Below the pieces are notes generated by a model that was given only the letters and a program-made list of their open reading frames with translations, did not search any database and was not told the DNA's origin. Of a stretch of 64,000 nucleotides of DNA, positions 1-8,094 are shown piece by piece (positions within the stretch are counted from its first letter, which is position 1; each line of letters opens with the position of its first letter). The position numbers and the translations under genes are program-made. Location of the stretch: the NCBI GenBank assembly GCA_016176525.1, contig JACOWZ010000003.1, positions 256,001-320,000 on the forward strand, given 5' to 3'. The DNA is from Candidatus Colwellbacteria bacterium (GTDB taxonomy: Bacteria; Patescibacteriota; Minisyncoccia; UBA6257; Colwellbacteraceae).

Positions 1-321
1 CTTAAATACAGCTGGGTGTTTTTGGGCTATCTCGGCGAGAGTTTTGCGGTTAAGTTTAACGCTCTGTTTTTTTAGCGCTGCGGCAAACTTTGAATAAGTT
101 GTGCCTTCTTTGCGCGCAGCAGCGTTAATTTCTGCTTGCCATAACGTGCGGAAGTCTCTTTTTTTAACTTTACGCCCGCGAAAAGCGTGGGACCAGGCGT
201 GTAAAAGCGCTTCTTTTGCGGCGCGCTCATGGGTTTTGCGCCTCCATTTGTACCCCTTTGTGTATTTTAATATTTTTCCTCTTTTCCGGGTTGCTACAAC
301 CCCGCGTTTAACTCTTGGCAT
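1..321 (-). CDS. rplT: 50S ribosomal protein L20 (C-terminus runs off the window edge)
   Basis: Reverse-strand translation from the ATG at 321 reads MPRVKRGVVATRKRGKILKYTKGYKWRRKTHERAAKEALLHAW..., a typical L20 N-terminus. It lies downstream of rpmI and infC in the conserved operon order. Confidence 0.85.
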   Translation of the reverse strand, partial: MPRVKRGVVATRKRGKILKYTKGYKWRRKTHERAAKEALLHAWSHAFRGRKVKKRDFRTLWQAEINAAARKEGTTYSKFAAALKKQSVKLNRKTLAEIAQKHPAVFK

Positions 322-334
322 TTGTTATTTGTTT

Positions 335-544
335 CTAGTTGCCTCTTTGTTGGCCTTTTAAAAATACTCGCATATTTTTATGGTCGGATTCAGACATTTT
401 TATGGATCCTCTCTTGTCGCGGATTTGTTTGCCGCTTTTTGAGGCCCTAAAGTGGCCTTGCGCCATCTTGCGGCGTAGGATTTTGCCTGTTTTTGTTATC
501 CTTATTCTCTTTGATACGCTCTTTCTGGTTTTCATTTTCATCAT
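335..544 (-). CDS. rpmI: 50S ribosomal protein L35
   Basis: The 69-aa basic ORF MMKMKTRKSVSKRIRITKTGKILRRK... resembles the L35 family. It sits between infC and rplT. Possible starts are 544, 541 or 535. Confidence 0.8.
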   Translation of the reverse strand: MMKMKTRKSVSKRIRITKTGKILRRKMAQGHFRASKSGKQIRDKRGSIKMSESDHKNMRVFLKGQQRGN

Positions 545-1073
545 GTTTTGGTTTTATACTTGTATCAATCTGTGTTACAAGCGCCCTGCCCTCAAAATGC
601 ACATCTTGTATAAGTTTATATTCAAAAGGTATAAGAGTTAAAAATTCATCCATTTTTTGGCGGGCCCAGTCTTTCATATAGTTTTCTCTGCCTCGGAGGC
701 GCATATGCACCTCTACCCTGTGGCCGTCTTCCAAAAAGCTTTTAAGGCGCTCTATCTTCATTAAAAGGTCGTTTTTCGCTTCCCGCGGGCTTATTTGCAC
801 CCGCTTCATCTCCGGCGCTTTTTGAGCAAGCCTTTGTTTCTTAGCTTCCTTCTCTTTTAAATATCTAAACTTATCAAAACTTATAACGCGTGCAACGGGT
901 GGCACCACCAACGGTGCGATTAGCACCAAATCCAACCCTTTTTCTTTAGCAAGACTCCTGGCTTTAGCAAGTGTGAGCACCCCCAGATTTTGCCCGTCAT
1001 CGCCTATAACCCGAAGCTTTTCCGCGGTTATCTCCTCGTTCTTTTTTACGTTTAAGTTTTGGATAGGTTGAAT
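447..1073 (-). CDS. infC: translation initiation factor IF-3, probably with a non-AUG (ATT) start
   Basis: The ORF ...ITAEKLRVIGDDGQNLGVLTLAKARSLAKEKGLDLVLIAPLVVPPVARVISFDKFRY... is IF-3. The frame stays open upstream of the first ATG back to an ATT at 1073..1071, and IF-3 classically starts at AUU. The C-terminus has a Lys/Glu-rich extension overlapping rpmI by 98 nt. Confidence 0.75.
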   Translation of the reverse strand: MQPIQNLNVKKNEEITAEKLRVIGDDGQNLGVLTLAKARSLAKEKGLDLVLIAPLVVPPVARVISFDKFRYLKEKEAKKQRLAQKAPEMKRVQISPREAKNDLLMKIERLKSFLEDGHRVEVHMRLRGRENYMKDWARQKMDEFLTLIPFEYKLIQDVHFEGRALVTQIDTSIKPKHDENENQKERIKENKDNKNRQNPTPQDGARPL

Positions 1074-1094
1074 ATTATATTAACTATATAAATA

Positions 1095-1412
1095 GTGCAA
1101 GCCCAGAAAGTTAAAGGCCGCTGGAGTGGGGAGGCCCTACTCCAGCGGCTGATTGTTAGTCGCGGTATGCGACCTTGGTTAGGACGGCGTTCACCTCCTT
1201 CGTCCTCTCTTGGTGGTTACATTCCCTCTTGTGGGATGTACCTTGCGTTCATCGTGTGGCGTGGTCTGATCTACTCGCGAGGTTCAAACCAAAGCCTTGC
1301 ACGTCTTCTGTGCGGCGTTCGACGGCGCGAACTTTTCCACCTTCATAACTGTGTTTCACACCTCCTCCTAACCCGAAAGGTACTCGCCAGACCTTTTAAG
1401 GTTTGGTATTAA
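1095..1412 (-). ncRNA. GC-rich structured non-coding region upstream of infC; candidate L20-type autoregulatory leader or unknown ncRNA
   Basis: About 320 nt are much more GC-rich than their surroundings. The + strand ORF translates to a Trp/Arg/Cys-rich nonsense protein. A 10-bp perfect hairpin (1117-1126 with 1140-1149) followed on the minus strand by a U-rich tract lies just 5' of the infC start. There are further local hairpins, such as aggacg...cgtcct. Strand assignment is tentative. Confidence 0.35.
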
Positions 1413-1487
1413 ATAGAATAGTTAATTGTTGAGAAAAGTCAATTTAAACAGATTGAACCCGGATAATGGGTTATACTTACAAGAATA

Positions 1488-1934
1488 ATGGCAGAACTAG
1501 TTAAAAACAAAAAGGTTTTTTTTGATTATTTTGTAGTAGCTTCATATGAAGCCGGCATTGAGCTGCGCGGGCACGAAGTAAAATCCGTAAAAAAGGGACA
1601 AATCAGTTTGCAGGGCAGTTACGTTATTGTGAGAGGCAATGAGGCATTTCTTCTGAATTCAGACATTCCACCATACCAACCCCTTAATGTGCCGGATGGC
1701 TACGACCCAAAGCGAACACGTAGGCTGCTCCTGAAAAAAGAAGAATTAAAAGAGTTAATCGGCAAAAGCAAAGAGGCGCGCTTGACAATAGTACCTTTGA
1801 GTGTTTATACTAAAGGTAAGAAACAGCTTATAAAAGTTTCTGTCGGCCTCGTTCGCTCCAAGCGCAAACACGATAAGCGTGAAGTAATAAAAAAGCGCGA
1901 AACCGAGCGGGAAATCCGGCGTTCAATTAAGTGA
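1488..1934 (+). CDS. smpB: SsrA-binding protein SmpB
   Basis: MAELVKNKKVFFDYFVVASYEAGIELRGHEVKSVKKGQISLQGSYVIV... is SmpB. The TGA stop at 1932-1934 directly abuts the tmRNA 5' end. Confidence 0.9.
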   Translation: MAELVKNKKVFFDYFVVASYEAGIELRGHEVKSVKKGQISLQGSYVIVRGNEAFLLNSDIPPYQPLNVPDGYDPKRTRRLLLKKEELKELIGKSKEARLTIVPLSVYTKGKKQLIKVSVGLVRSKRKHDKREVIKKRETEREIRRSIK

Positions 1935-2260
1935 GGGAGTGCAAGTATCGACGAATGTACATTTCTATAGTTTGCAAGCCGAGAAGATTCTCTCGTAAAA
2001 CAGATCAAAAATATAACTGCTAAACAAAATTTAGCTTTCGCTCCTAGAGTTCCAGCTTTTGCTGTAGCCTAGCCGAGCGCATCAGCCCGTGAGTCTCCAT
2101 AGCGGACAACTGGTGTAATAATTGGAGAGTAGTTTTTCGGAAATGTTCTGCGGCCGATAAACGAAACAAAGTGGAACAAAACTGTTACATTAGTAACTAA
2201 GCTTGTAGATAATTATGGACTTTACTTTCGGACGGGGGTTCAATCCTCCCACTTCCACCA
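1935..2260 (+). ncRNA. ssrA: transfer-messenger RNA (tmRNA)
   Basis: The 3' end ggacgggggttcaatcctcccacttccACCA is the canonical tmRNA T-arm plus acceptor plus CCA. The 5' gggagtg (1935-1941) pairs with cacttcc (2250-2256) as a 7-bp acceptor stem. A 5' gUAUCGACGaaug matches the conserved tmRNA motif. An internal tag-like ORF ...AKQNLAFAPRVPAFAVA ends in TAG. The gene sits immediately after smpB. The 5' boundary is approximate. Confidence 0.75.
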
Positions 2261-2263
2261 ATA

Positions 2264-2295
2264 AAATATGCCACCCGGTTGGCATATTTTCTGTT
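2264..2295 (+). terminator. rho-independent terminator of ssrA
   Basis: A perfect 10-bp inverted repeat aaatatgcca-cccggt-tggcatattt is followed by a T-rich tract. Confidence 0.6.
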
Positions 2296-2309
2296 ATACT
2301 TATCTTGTT

Positions 2310-2897
2310 ATGCCAAAAAGGGTTAAAAGTAATAATAAAAAATACAACAAAGTTGCGGATTTTCTTTTTGAGGTTGGCATGCTCTCTAAAACCCCGCGCA
2401 GTTTTAGCCCGTTTTTGGGCGGCGGCGAGCAGTCTGTAGCAGACCATCTTAATCGCACGTCTTACACTGCAATGTGCCTCGGCTACATGACTCACGGGGT
2501 AGACATTGATAAAATTGTAAAAATGGCACTTTTTCACGACTTAACAGAAGCGCGTATTTCGGACCTAAACCACGTTCACCAAAGATATGCTGCAAGAGAC
2601 GAGCATAAAGCTCTAACAGATTTAGCTCGCGAGATTCCTTTCGGCGAAGAGATTAAAAAAATAATTCTTGAATATGAAAAACGCCAAACAAAAGAGGCGA
2701 AAATTGTAAAAGATGCAGACATCTTGGATTTTTTAATCACCCTAAAAGAAGTTGGAGACACAGGCAATATTCGCGCCAAAAACTGGGCACCTAAACTGCA
2801 AAGCAGGCTAAAAACAAAAGAGGCAAAGATGCTTGCAAAAGCGGTTTTGCGTTCCAAGTCTGACAGTTGGTGGTTTACTGCATCTAATAAGAAATAA
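2310..2897 (+). CDS. HD-domain phosphohydrolase (YfbR-like 5'-deoxynucleotidase family)
   Basis: H..D-type motifs (DHLNRTSY..., ALFHDLTEARISDL, KDADILDFL). The start is moved to ATG 2310 because the upstream 14 codons overlap the tmRNA terminator hairpin. Confidence 0.6.
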   Translation: MPKRVKSNNKKYNKVADFLFEVGMLSKTPRSFSPFLGGGEQSVADHLNRTSYTAMCLGYMTHGVDIDKIVKMALFHDLTEARISDLNHVHQRYAARDEHKALTDLAREIPFGEEIKKIILEYEKRQTKEAKIVKDADILDFLITLKEVGDTGNIRAKNWAPKLQSRLKTKEAKMLAKAVLRSKSDSWWFTASNKK

Positions 2898-4591
2898 TGC
2901 TTTCTGCAAAAATAAAAGAGTTTTTGTCCGAAAGTTTCCCGGGGCTTGATGTGCAGGTGTCACAGCCAGACAACTACTTGCATGGGCACTATGCTACAAA
3001 TCTTGCTTTTGCGCTTGGCGCAAAAGAGAAAATTTCTCCAATGGAGGCGGCGAAGAAGATAAAAGAAACCGCCGTAGAGGTTGCGCCTTGGGGTTTGTTG
3101 GAAAAAGTTGAAGTTGCGCCTCCCGGCTTTGTAAATTTTTTTGTTAGCGTATCTGCAATTCAAAACGAGCTTTCAATCATATCAAGAAATAAAAACTGGG
3201 GTGCGCCTCAGCCGGATGTGTTAAAATCCCGCAAAGGCAAAACTGCAATAATTGAATATTCTTCGCCTAATATTGCAAAGCCGATGCATATTGGCCATCT
3301 GCGTTCAACTATTATCGGCGATGCGCTTGCCAACATCTACCTATTCTCGGGCTACAAAGTTATTAGATGGAATTATATTGGTGATTGGGGCACCCAGTTT
3401 GGCAAGCTTATTGCCGCTTACAAAATGTGGGGTGATAAAAAGGCGGTTTTAAAAGACCCTATAAAAGAGCTTGTAAAACTTTATGTCCGTTTCCACCAAG
3501 AGTTAGAGAAAAACCCCGAGCTTGAAGAAAAAGGCCGCGAAGAGTTTAAAAAATTAGAAGATGGAGAGAAAGTTAATAAAAAACTTTGGGCTTGGTTTCG
3601 CAAAGAATCGCTAAAAGAGTTCGAAAAAATCTATCGCATACTCGGCATTAAGTTTAATGTCTCTAAAGGCGAATCTTATTACGAAGGCAAGCTCGGCAAT
3701 TTAGTAGAAGAGCTCTTAAAAAGAGGCATTGCAAGGCCAAGTATGGGCGGGGTGATAGTTGAAACCGGCCAAAAAGTGCCGGCACTTATTCAAAAATCAG
3801 ACGGTGCGAGCTTGTATCTTACAAGAGAACTTGCGAACTTACAGTACCGCGCCAAAAAATATAAACCCGCAAGGATTTTATATGTTGTTGGCAGCGAACA
3901 GTCGTTTCATTTTGAACAGCTTTTTATAATCGGCAAAATTTTGGGGGTTAACGGAACGAGACTTTTCCATATTGGCCATGGTCTGGTGTTGGGTGAGGAC
4001 AATAAAAAACTTTCAACGCGCGAAGGTAAAACAGTAGAGCTTAACGATGTTTTAATGGAGAGTATCTCCCGCGCTGGAGAGACCCTAAACACTAGGCAAA
4101 TGGGTTTAAAACCAAAAGAGAAAGTAAAAATAGCACAAGCTGTAGGGGTGGGCGCAATAAAATATAACGATTTGAGTATGGGGCGAGAGAGCGATATAAA
4201 ATTTGATTGGGACAAGATGCTGGATTTTCAAGGTAACTCCGGCCCATATATACAATATACTTACGCGCGGTTAAAGAGTATTTTGCGCAAAGCGCCCGCA
4301 CGTAAGTTTGATTCTAAGGCGTTATCCAATGAGGCAGACTTAGAGCTGGTTTTGATTTTGGATTCATATCCCATGGCAGTTGAGGAGGCGTTTACTGCAA
4401 ACTCACCGCAAAAAATTGCGAGCTATATCTACGAGCTTTCAAAAGCTGTAAACGGCTTTTATCAGTCAAACCCGGTTTTGCAGTCTGAACGCGGGGTTCG
4501 CGAGGCTCGCTTAGCGCTGATTTCCGCATGCGCAAGCACCCTAAAGAGGGGTATGGAGCTCTTAGGCATTACCCCTTTAGAGAGAATGTAG
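2897..4591 (+). CDS. argS: arginine--tRNA ligase
   Basis: HIGH motif in PNIAKPMHIGHLRSTIIGDALANIY, length 564 aa, class I ArgRS architecture, and a TAATG overlap with the upstream gene. Confidence 0.9.
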   Translation: MLSAKIKEFLSESFPGLDVQVSQPDNYLHGHYATNLAFALGAKEKISPMEAAKKIKETAVEVAPWGLLEKVEVAPPGFVNFFVSVSAIQNELSIISRNKNWGAPQPDVLKSRKGKTAIIEYSSPNIAKPMHIGHLRSTIIGDALANIYLFSGYKVIRWNYIGDWGTQFGKLIAAYKMWGDKKAVLKDPIKELVKLYVRFHQELEKNPELEEKGREEFKKLEDGEKVNKKLWAWFRKESLKEFEKIYRILGIKFNVSKGESYYEGKLGNLVEELLKRGIARPSMGGVIVETGQKVPALIQKSDGASLYLTRELANLQYRAKKYKPARILYVVGSEQSFHFEQLFIIGKILGVNGTRLFHIGHGLVLGEDNKKLSTREGKTVELNDVLMESISRAGETLNTRQMGLKPKEKVKIAQAVGVGAIKYNDLSMGRESDIKFDWDKMLDFQGNSGPYIQYTYARLKSILRKAPARKFDSKALSNEADLELVLILDSYPMAVEEAFTANSPQKIASYIYELSKAVNGFYQSNPVLQSERGVREARLALISACASTLKRGMELLGITPLERM

Positions 4592-4650
4592 ATATCCACA
4601 GAAATTAGCCATCTTGAAGCTAATTCGTTAATATAGGATTCTAAGTCTGT

Positions 4651-7600
4651 ATGCTTAAAATCATTAAAGAATTCAAACTTCCAGAACTTGAGGAAAAGAT
4701 TTTGGAATTTTGGAAGAAAAACACTATTTTCCAGAGGTCTTTGTCTGAAAAAGCCGGCAAAGAGCCATTTACTTTTTACGAGGGTCCGCCTACCGCAAAT
4801 GGGCGGCCGGGGTTGCACCATATCTTGGCGCGCAGTTTTAAAGATGTTATATGCCGCTATAAAACAATGCGCGGATATTTTGTGCCCCGCCGCGCCGGGT
4901 GGGATACACATGGTCTTCCTGTAGAAATTGAGGTTGAAAAGTCGCTTGGCTTAAAGTCGAAGAAAGATATAGAAAAATATGGCATAGCGGAGTTCAATAA
5001 GAAATGTAAAGAGTCTGTTTGGGAATACAAAGACGAGTGGGACAAGATGACGGATCGCATGGGCTATTGGCTGGATTTAGAAAATCCCTATATAACCTAC
5101 ACACCTGGCTATATAGAAGCGTTATGGGGAATTTTTGCAAAAGCTTGGAATAAGAAACTGCTCTACAAAGGGCACAAGGTTGTGCCATGGTGCACGCGCT
5201 GCGGCACAGGCCTTTCGTCGCACGAAGTCTCCCAAGGCTACAGCGAGTCTACAGACACTGCGGTTTATGTAAAATTTAAATTAAAAAAGGGCCAAAAAAT
5301 AGGTGCGAAGTTTAAAACAGACGACTCCACTTATATTCTTTCTTGGACTACAACTCCGTGGACATTGCCTGGCAACGTTGCCCTTGCTGTTGGGCCACAA
5401 ATAAAATACGCCATATTTAAGAAGAAATCCGGATCTGTAGAAGAACGCTATATTGTTGCGAAGAAAGTTGTGGGTTCGGATCCGCTAAATAATTTAGGAG
5501 ATTTAGAGTTGGAAATAAGCGGTAAAAGCTTAGTTGGGCTAAAATACGAGCCGCTTTGGAATATAAGCCCGCTTCAAACCCCGGCTGCGTATAAAGTTTA
5601 CCCGGCAGATTTTGTAACAACCGAAGACGGCACGGGTGTTGTGCATACCGCCGTAATGTACGGTGAAGATGATTATAAATTAGGAGAGAAATTAAACTTG
5701 CCAATGCACCACACTGTTGATGAATCCGGCGAGTTTACTGGAGATGTTGCCGGGTTTAAGGGTATGTATGTTAAGTCTAATGAAGCTGAGAAAAAACTTC
5801 TGGAATATCTAAATAAAAAAGATTTATTATTCCAAAAAGAATCATACACGCATGAATATCCGTTTTGCTGGCGTTGTAAAACCCCTCTTTTATATTATGC
5901 AAGGCCCAGCTGGTTTATATCAATGTCTAAGTTGCAAGAAAAGCTAGTTAGAGAAAACCGCAAAATCAATTGGATTCCGGAGCATGTAAAAACGGGTCGG
6001 TTTGGTGAGTGGCTGAAGGATGTTAGGGATTGGGCGGTTTCGCGCGAGAGATATTGGGCAACGCCATTGCCAGTTTGGCAGTGCAGTAGAGGCCATACAA
6101 AAGTTGTAGGGTCGCTAGATGAATTACAAAAGTTAGTTGTGCCAAATAATAATTACTTTTTATTGCGGCACGGCGAAGCAGAGCACAATTTAGATGGCAT
6201 TATTGCCTCCGGTCCCGAGTCTAAAAACCGAGCGCCGGAGTTGACTGAAAATGGCAAGAACCAGATAAAAGTTGCAGGGCAAGAGCTTGTAAAACACAAA
6301 ATTGATTTAATATTCACTTCTCCTTATAAGCGGTGCTTGCAAACTGCAAAGATTGTCGCCAAACCCAAAAAAATCCAAATTACTAAAGATGCGCGCCTTA
6401 GCGAATTGAACGCTGGGATATTCAATTGGAAGACAATAAGCGAGTACAAAAATTTTTTTGATAACCCGATGGATAGGTTTAAACGTGCTCCATCTGGCGG
6501 AGAGACTTTGCGCGAACTACGCCGGCGCATGTTTGAATTCTTAGAAGAAATTGACAGCAAATATTCCGGCAAAAATATACTTATTGTAAGCCATGGCGAC
6601 CCGCTGTGGATGCTGGAACTCGCCGTAAAAAGAACCGATGAAGAAGATGCAAAGAAAGACTTGCAATATTTGGAGCCCGGCAAATGGAAGGAGCTTGAGT
6701 TTAAGAATATTTCTTACAACTCGGAGGGCGAGCTGGATTTGCACAGGCCTTATATAGATAAGGTTGTAATAAAGTGCGGGACATGCAAAAAACCTGCCCG
6801 CGCAGGCGGGGACATGCGCCGCGTGCCGGAGGTAGTGGACGCCTGGTTTGACTCCGGCGCAATGCCTTTTGCTGCAGGCGGGTTGGAATACCCTGCGGAC
6901 TATATTTGCGAGGGTATGGACCAAACGCGCGGGTGGTTTTACACCCTACTTGCAGTTGCTTCAGTTTTAGGCAAGGAGCGGCCTTATAAAAACGTTATTA
7001 CGCTTGGGCTTATTCACGATAAGCTTGGGCAAAAGATGTCTAAGTCGCGCGGCAACACAGTTGATCCGTGGGAGATGATGGGCAAATACGGCGCAGACGT
7101 TGTGCGCTGGTATTTCTACACCGTAAATCCGCCAGGTGAGGCTAAAAATTTTGACGAAAACGACCTAGCAAAAGTCTTTAGGAGATTTTTCGGCACGCTC
7201 TATAACTCTTATGTTTTCTACGACACCTTTAGAGAGAAGTTGGAGGCGGGCCCGCTTCATGTAAAAAATATTTTAGATAGGTGGATTGTCGCGCGCCTTA
7301 ATGAAACGACAAAAATTGTTACGGAAAATATGGATTCTTACAATATAATAACCGCAACGCGCGAGATAGAAAATTTAGTTGACGATTTATCGCGGTGGTA
7401 TATAAGGCGCAGCCGCGGGAGGAGCGATATGGTAAAAACTTTGGGTTATATGTTGCGCGAAATATCAAAACTTACGGCACCGTTCACGCCATTTTTCTCC
7501 GAAGCTCTCTACAAATCGCTTGAAATGAGCAAAAACCTCTCTGTGCATTTAGAAGATTACCCGGAGATGCAGAAAGATTATCTGGAAAAAGATTTAATAA

Positions 7601-8091
7601 CTGCAATGCGCGAGGTAAGGCGAATCTCAACCCTAGCTCTTTCAAAAAGGGCCGAGGTTGGCATAAAAGTGCGCCAGCCGCTTTCAACATTAACCATTAA
7701 AGAAACTAAAGTGCCACTTGCAGGCGATCTGTTAGACCTTATTAAAGAAGAAGTTAATGTAAAAGAGGTTATTATAAGCCCTAAGCTAAAAGATGAGCTT
7801 GAGTTAGATGTTGTGATCTCGCCCGCCCTAAAAGAAGAAGGTTTGGCGCGCGAATCTATTAGAATTATTCAAACTTTAAGGCAAAAACTTCAGATGAAGC
7901 CTGTAGAAAAAATAGAAGTAAATATCCATGCGCCACAGGGTATAACTGAAGCCATAAAAAAACACGAACGAATTTTGCGCCAGACTGTTGGCGCCTCGGC
8001 TGTAAATTATCGCCAATCCGAAAAGTTTGACGCAGAAGAAACCGCAGAGCTTGACTCACAAGAGGCACAAATAAGCATAAGAAAACTATAA
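4651..8091 (+). CDS. ileS: isoleucine--tRNA ligase carrying an inserted histidine-phosphatase (phosphoglycerate-mutase-superfamily) domain
   Basis: IleRS signatures: PTANGRPGLHHILARS (HIGH region), editing-domain motifs, WAVSRERYWATPLPVW and KMSKSRGN. The ~200 aa at about 6136..6735 carry LRHGEAEHN, TSPYKRCLQTA and VSHGDPL histidine-phosphatase motifs. Confidence 0.9.
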   Translation: MLKIIKEFKLPELEEKILEFWKKNTIFQRSLSEKAGKEPFTFYEGPPTANGRPGLHHILARSFKDVICRYKTMRGYFVPRRAGWDTHGLPVEIEVEKSLGLKSKKDIEKYGIAEFNKKCKESVWEYKDEWDKMTDRMGYWLDLENPYITYTPGYIEALWGIFAKAWNKKLLYKGHKVVPWCTRCGTGLSSHEVSQGYSESTDTAVYVKFKLKKGQKIGAKFKTDDSTYILSWTTTPWTLPGNVALAVGPQIKYAIFKKKSGSVEERYIVAKKVVGSDPLNNLGDLELEISGKSLVGLKYEPLWNISPLQTPAAYKVYPADFVTTEDGTGVVHTAVMYGEDDYKLGEKLNLPMHHTVDESGEFTGDVAGFKGMYVKSNEAEKKLLEYLNKKDLLFQKESYTHEYPFCWRCKTPLLYYARPSWFISMSKLQEKLVRENRKINWIPEHVKTGRFGEWLKDVRDWAVSRERYWATPLPVWQCSRGHTKVVGSLDELQKLVVPNNNYFLLRHGEAEHNLDGIIASGPESKNRAPELTENGKNQIKVAGQELVKHKIDLIFTSPYKRCLQTAKIVAKPKKIQITKDARLSELNAGIFNWKTISEYKNFFDNPMDRFKRAPSGGETLRELRRRMFEFLEEIDSKYSGKNILIVSHGDPLWMLELAVKRTDEEDAKKDLQYLEPGKWKELEFKNISYNSEGELDLHRPYIDKVVIKCGTCKKPARAGGDMRRVPEVVDAWFDSGAMPFAAGGLEYPADYICEGMDQTRGWFYTLLAVASVLGKERPYKNVITLGLIHDKLGQKMSKSRGNTVDPWEMMGKYGADVVRWYFYTVNPPGEAKNFDENDLAKVFRRFFGTLYNSYVFYDTFREKLEAGPLHVKNILDRWIVARLNETTKIVTENMDSYNIITATREIENLVDDLSRWYIRRSRGRSDMVKTLGYMLREISKLTAPFTPFFSEALYKSLEMSKNLSVHLEDYPEMQKDYLEKDLITAMREVRRISTLALSKRAEVGIKVRQPLSTLTIKETKVPLAGDLLDLIKEEVNVKEVIISPKLKDELELDVVISPALKEEGLARESIRIIQTLRQKLQMKPVEKIEVNIHAPQGITEAIKKHERILRQTVGASAVNYRQSEKFDAEETAELDSQEAQISIRKL

Positions 8092-8094
8092 ACA

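Noticed and set aside
101-361. 86-aa ORF on the + strand
   Set aside because: It lies antisense within the rplT coding region, and L20 is clearly encoded on the minus strand.
1095-1412. 105-aa ORF on the + strand
   Set aside because: Its translation is Trp/Arg/Cys/Gly-rich nonsense typical of GC-rich structured RNA, with no protein family resemblance. The region is treated as non-coding.
1095-1412. Possibility that the GC-rich block is RNase P RNA, SRP RNA or 6S RNA
   Set aside because: None of the conserved RNase P (GGAAAGUCCGG, AGGGUGAAA...GGUAAGAGCGCACC) or SRP domain IV (GGAAGCAGCC-type) signatures is visible on either strand. 6S RNA cannot be excluded, but nothing positive supports it.
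1932-1934. Alternative genetic code (UGA recoded, as in some Candidate Phyla Radiation lineages)
   Set aside because: TGA functions as a normal stop for smpB, the four-helix-bundle gene and several ATGA gene junctions. Long ORFs contain no in-frame TGA, so the standard code 11 is assumed.
2268-2309. Upstream extension of the HD hydrolase ORF (start at 2268)
   Set aside because: These codons overlap the perfect terminator hairpin right after the tmRNA CCA end. The ATG at 2310 is the more plausible start.
6136-6735. Intein inside ileS
   Set aside because: There is no Cys/Ser/Thr at the insert N-terminal junction and no His-Asn at the C-terminal junction, and no homing-endonuclease motifs. Instead the insert shows the RHG / SHG histidine-phosphatase motifs.
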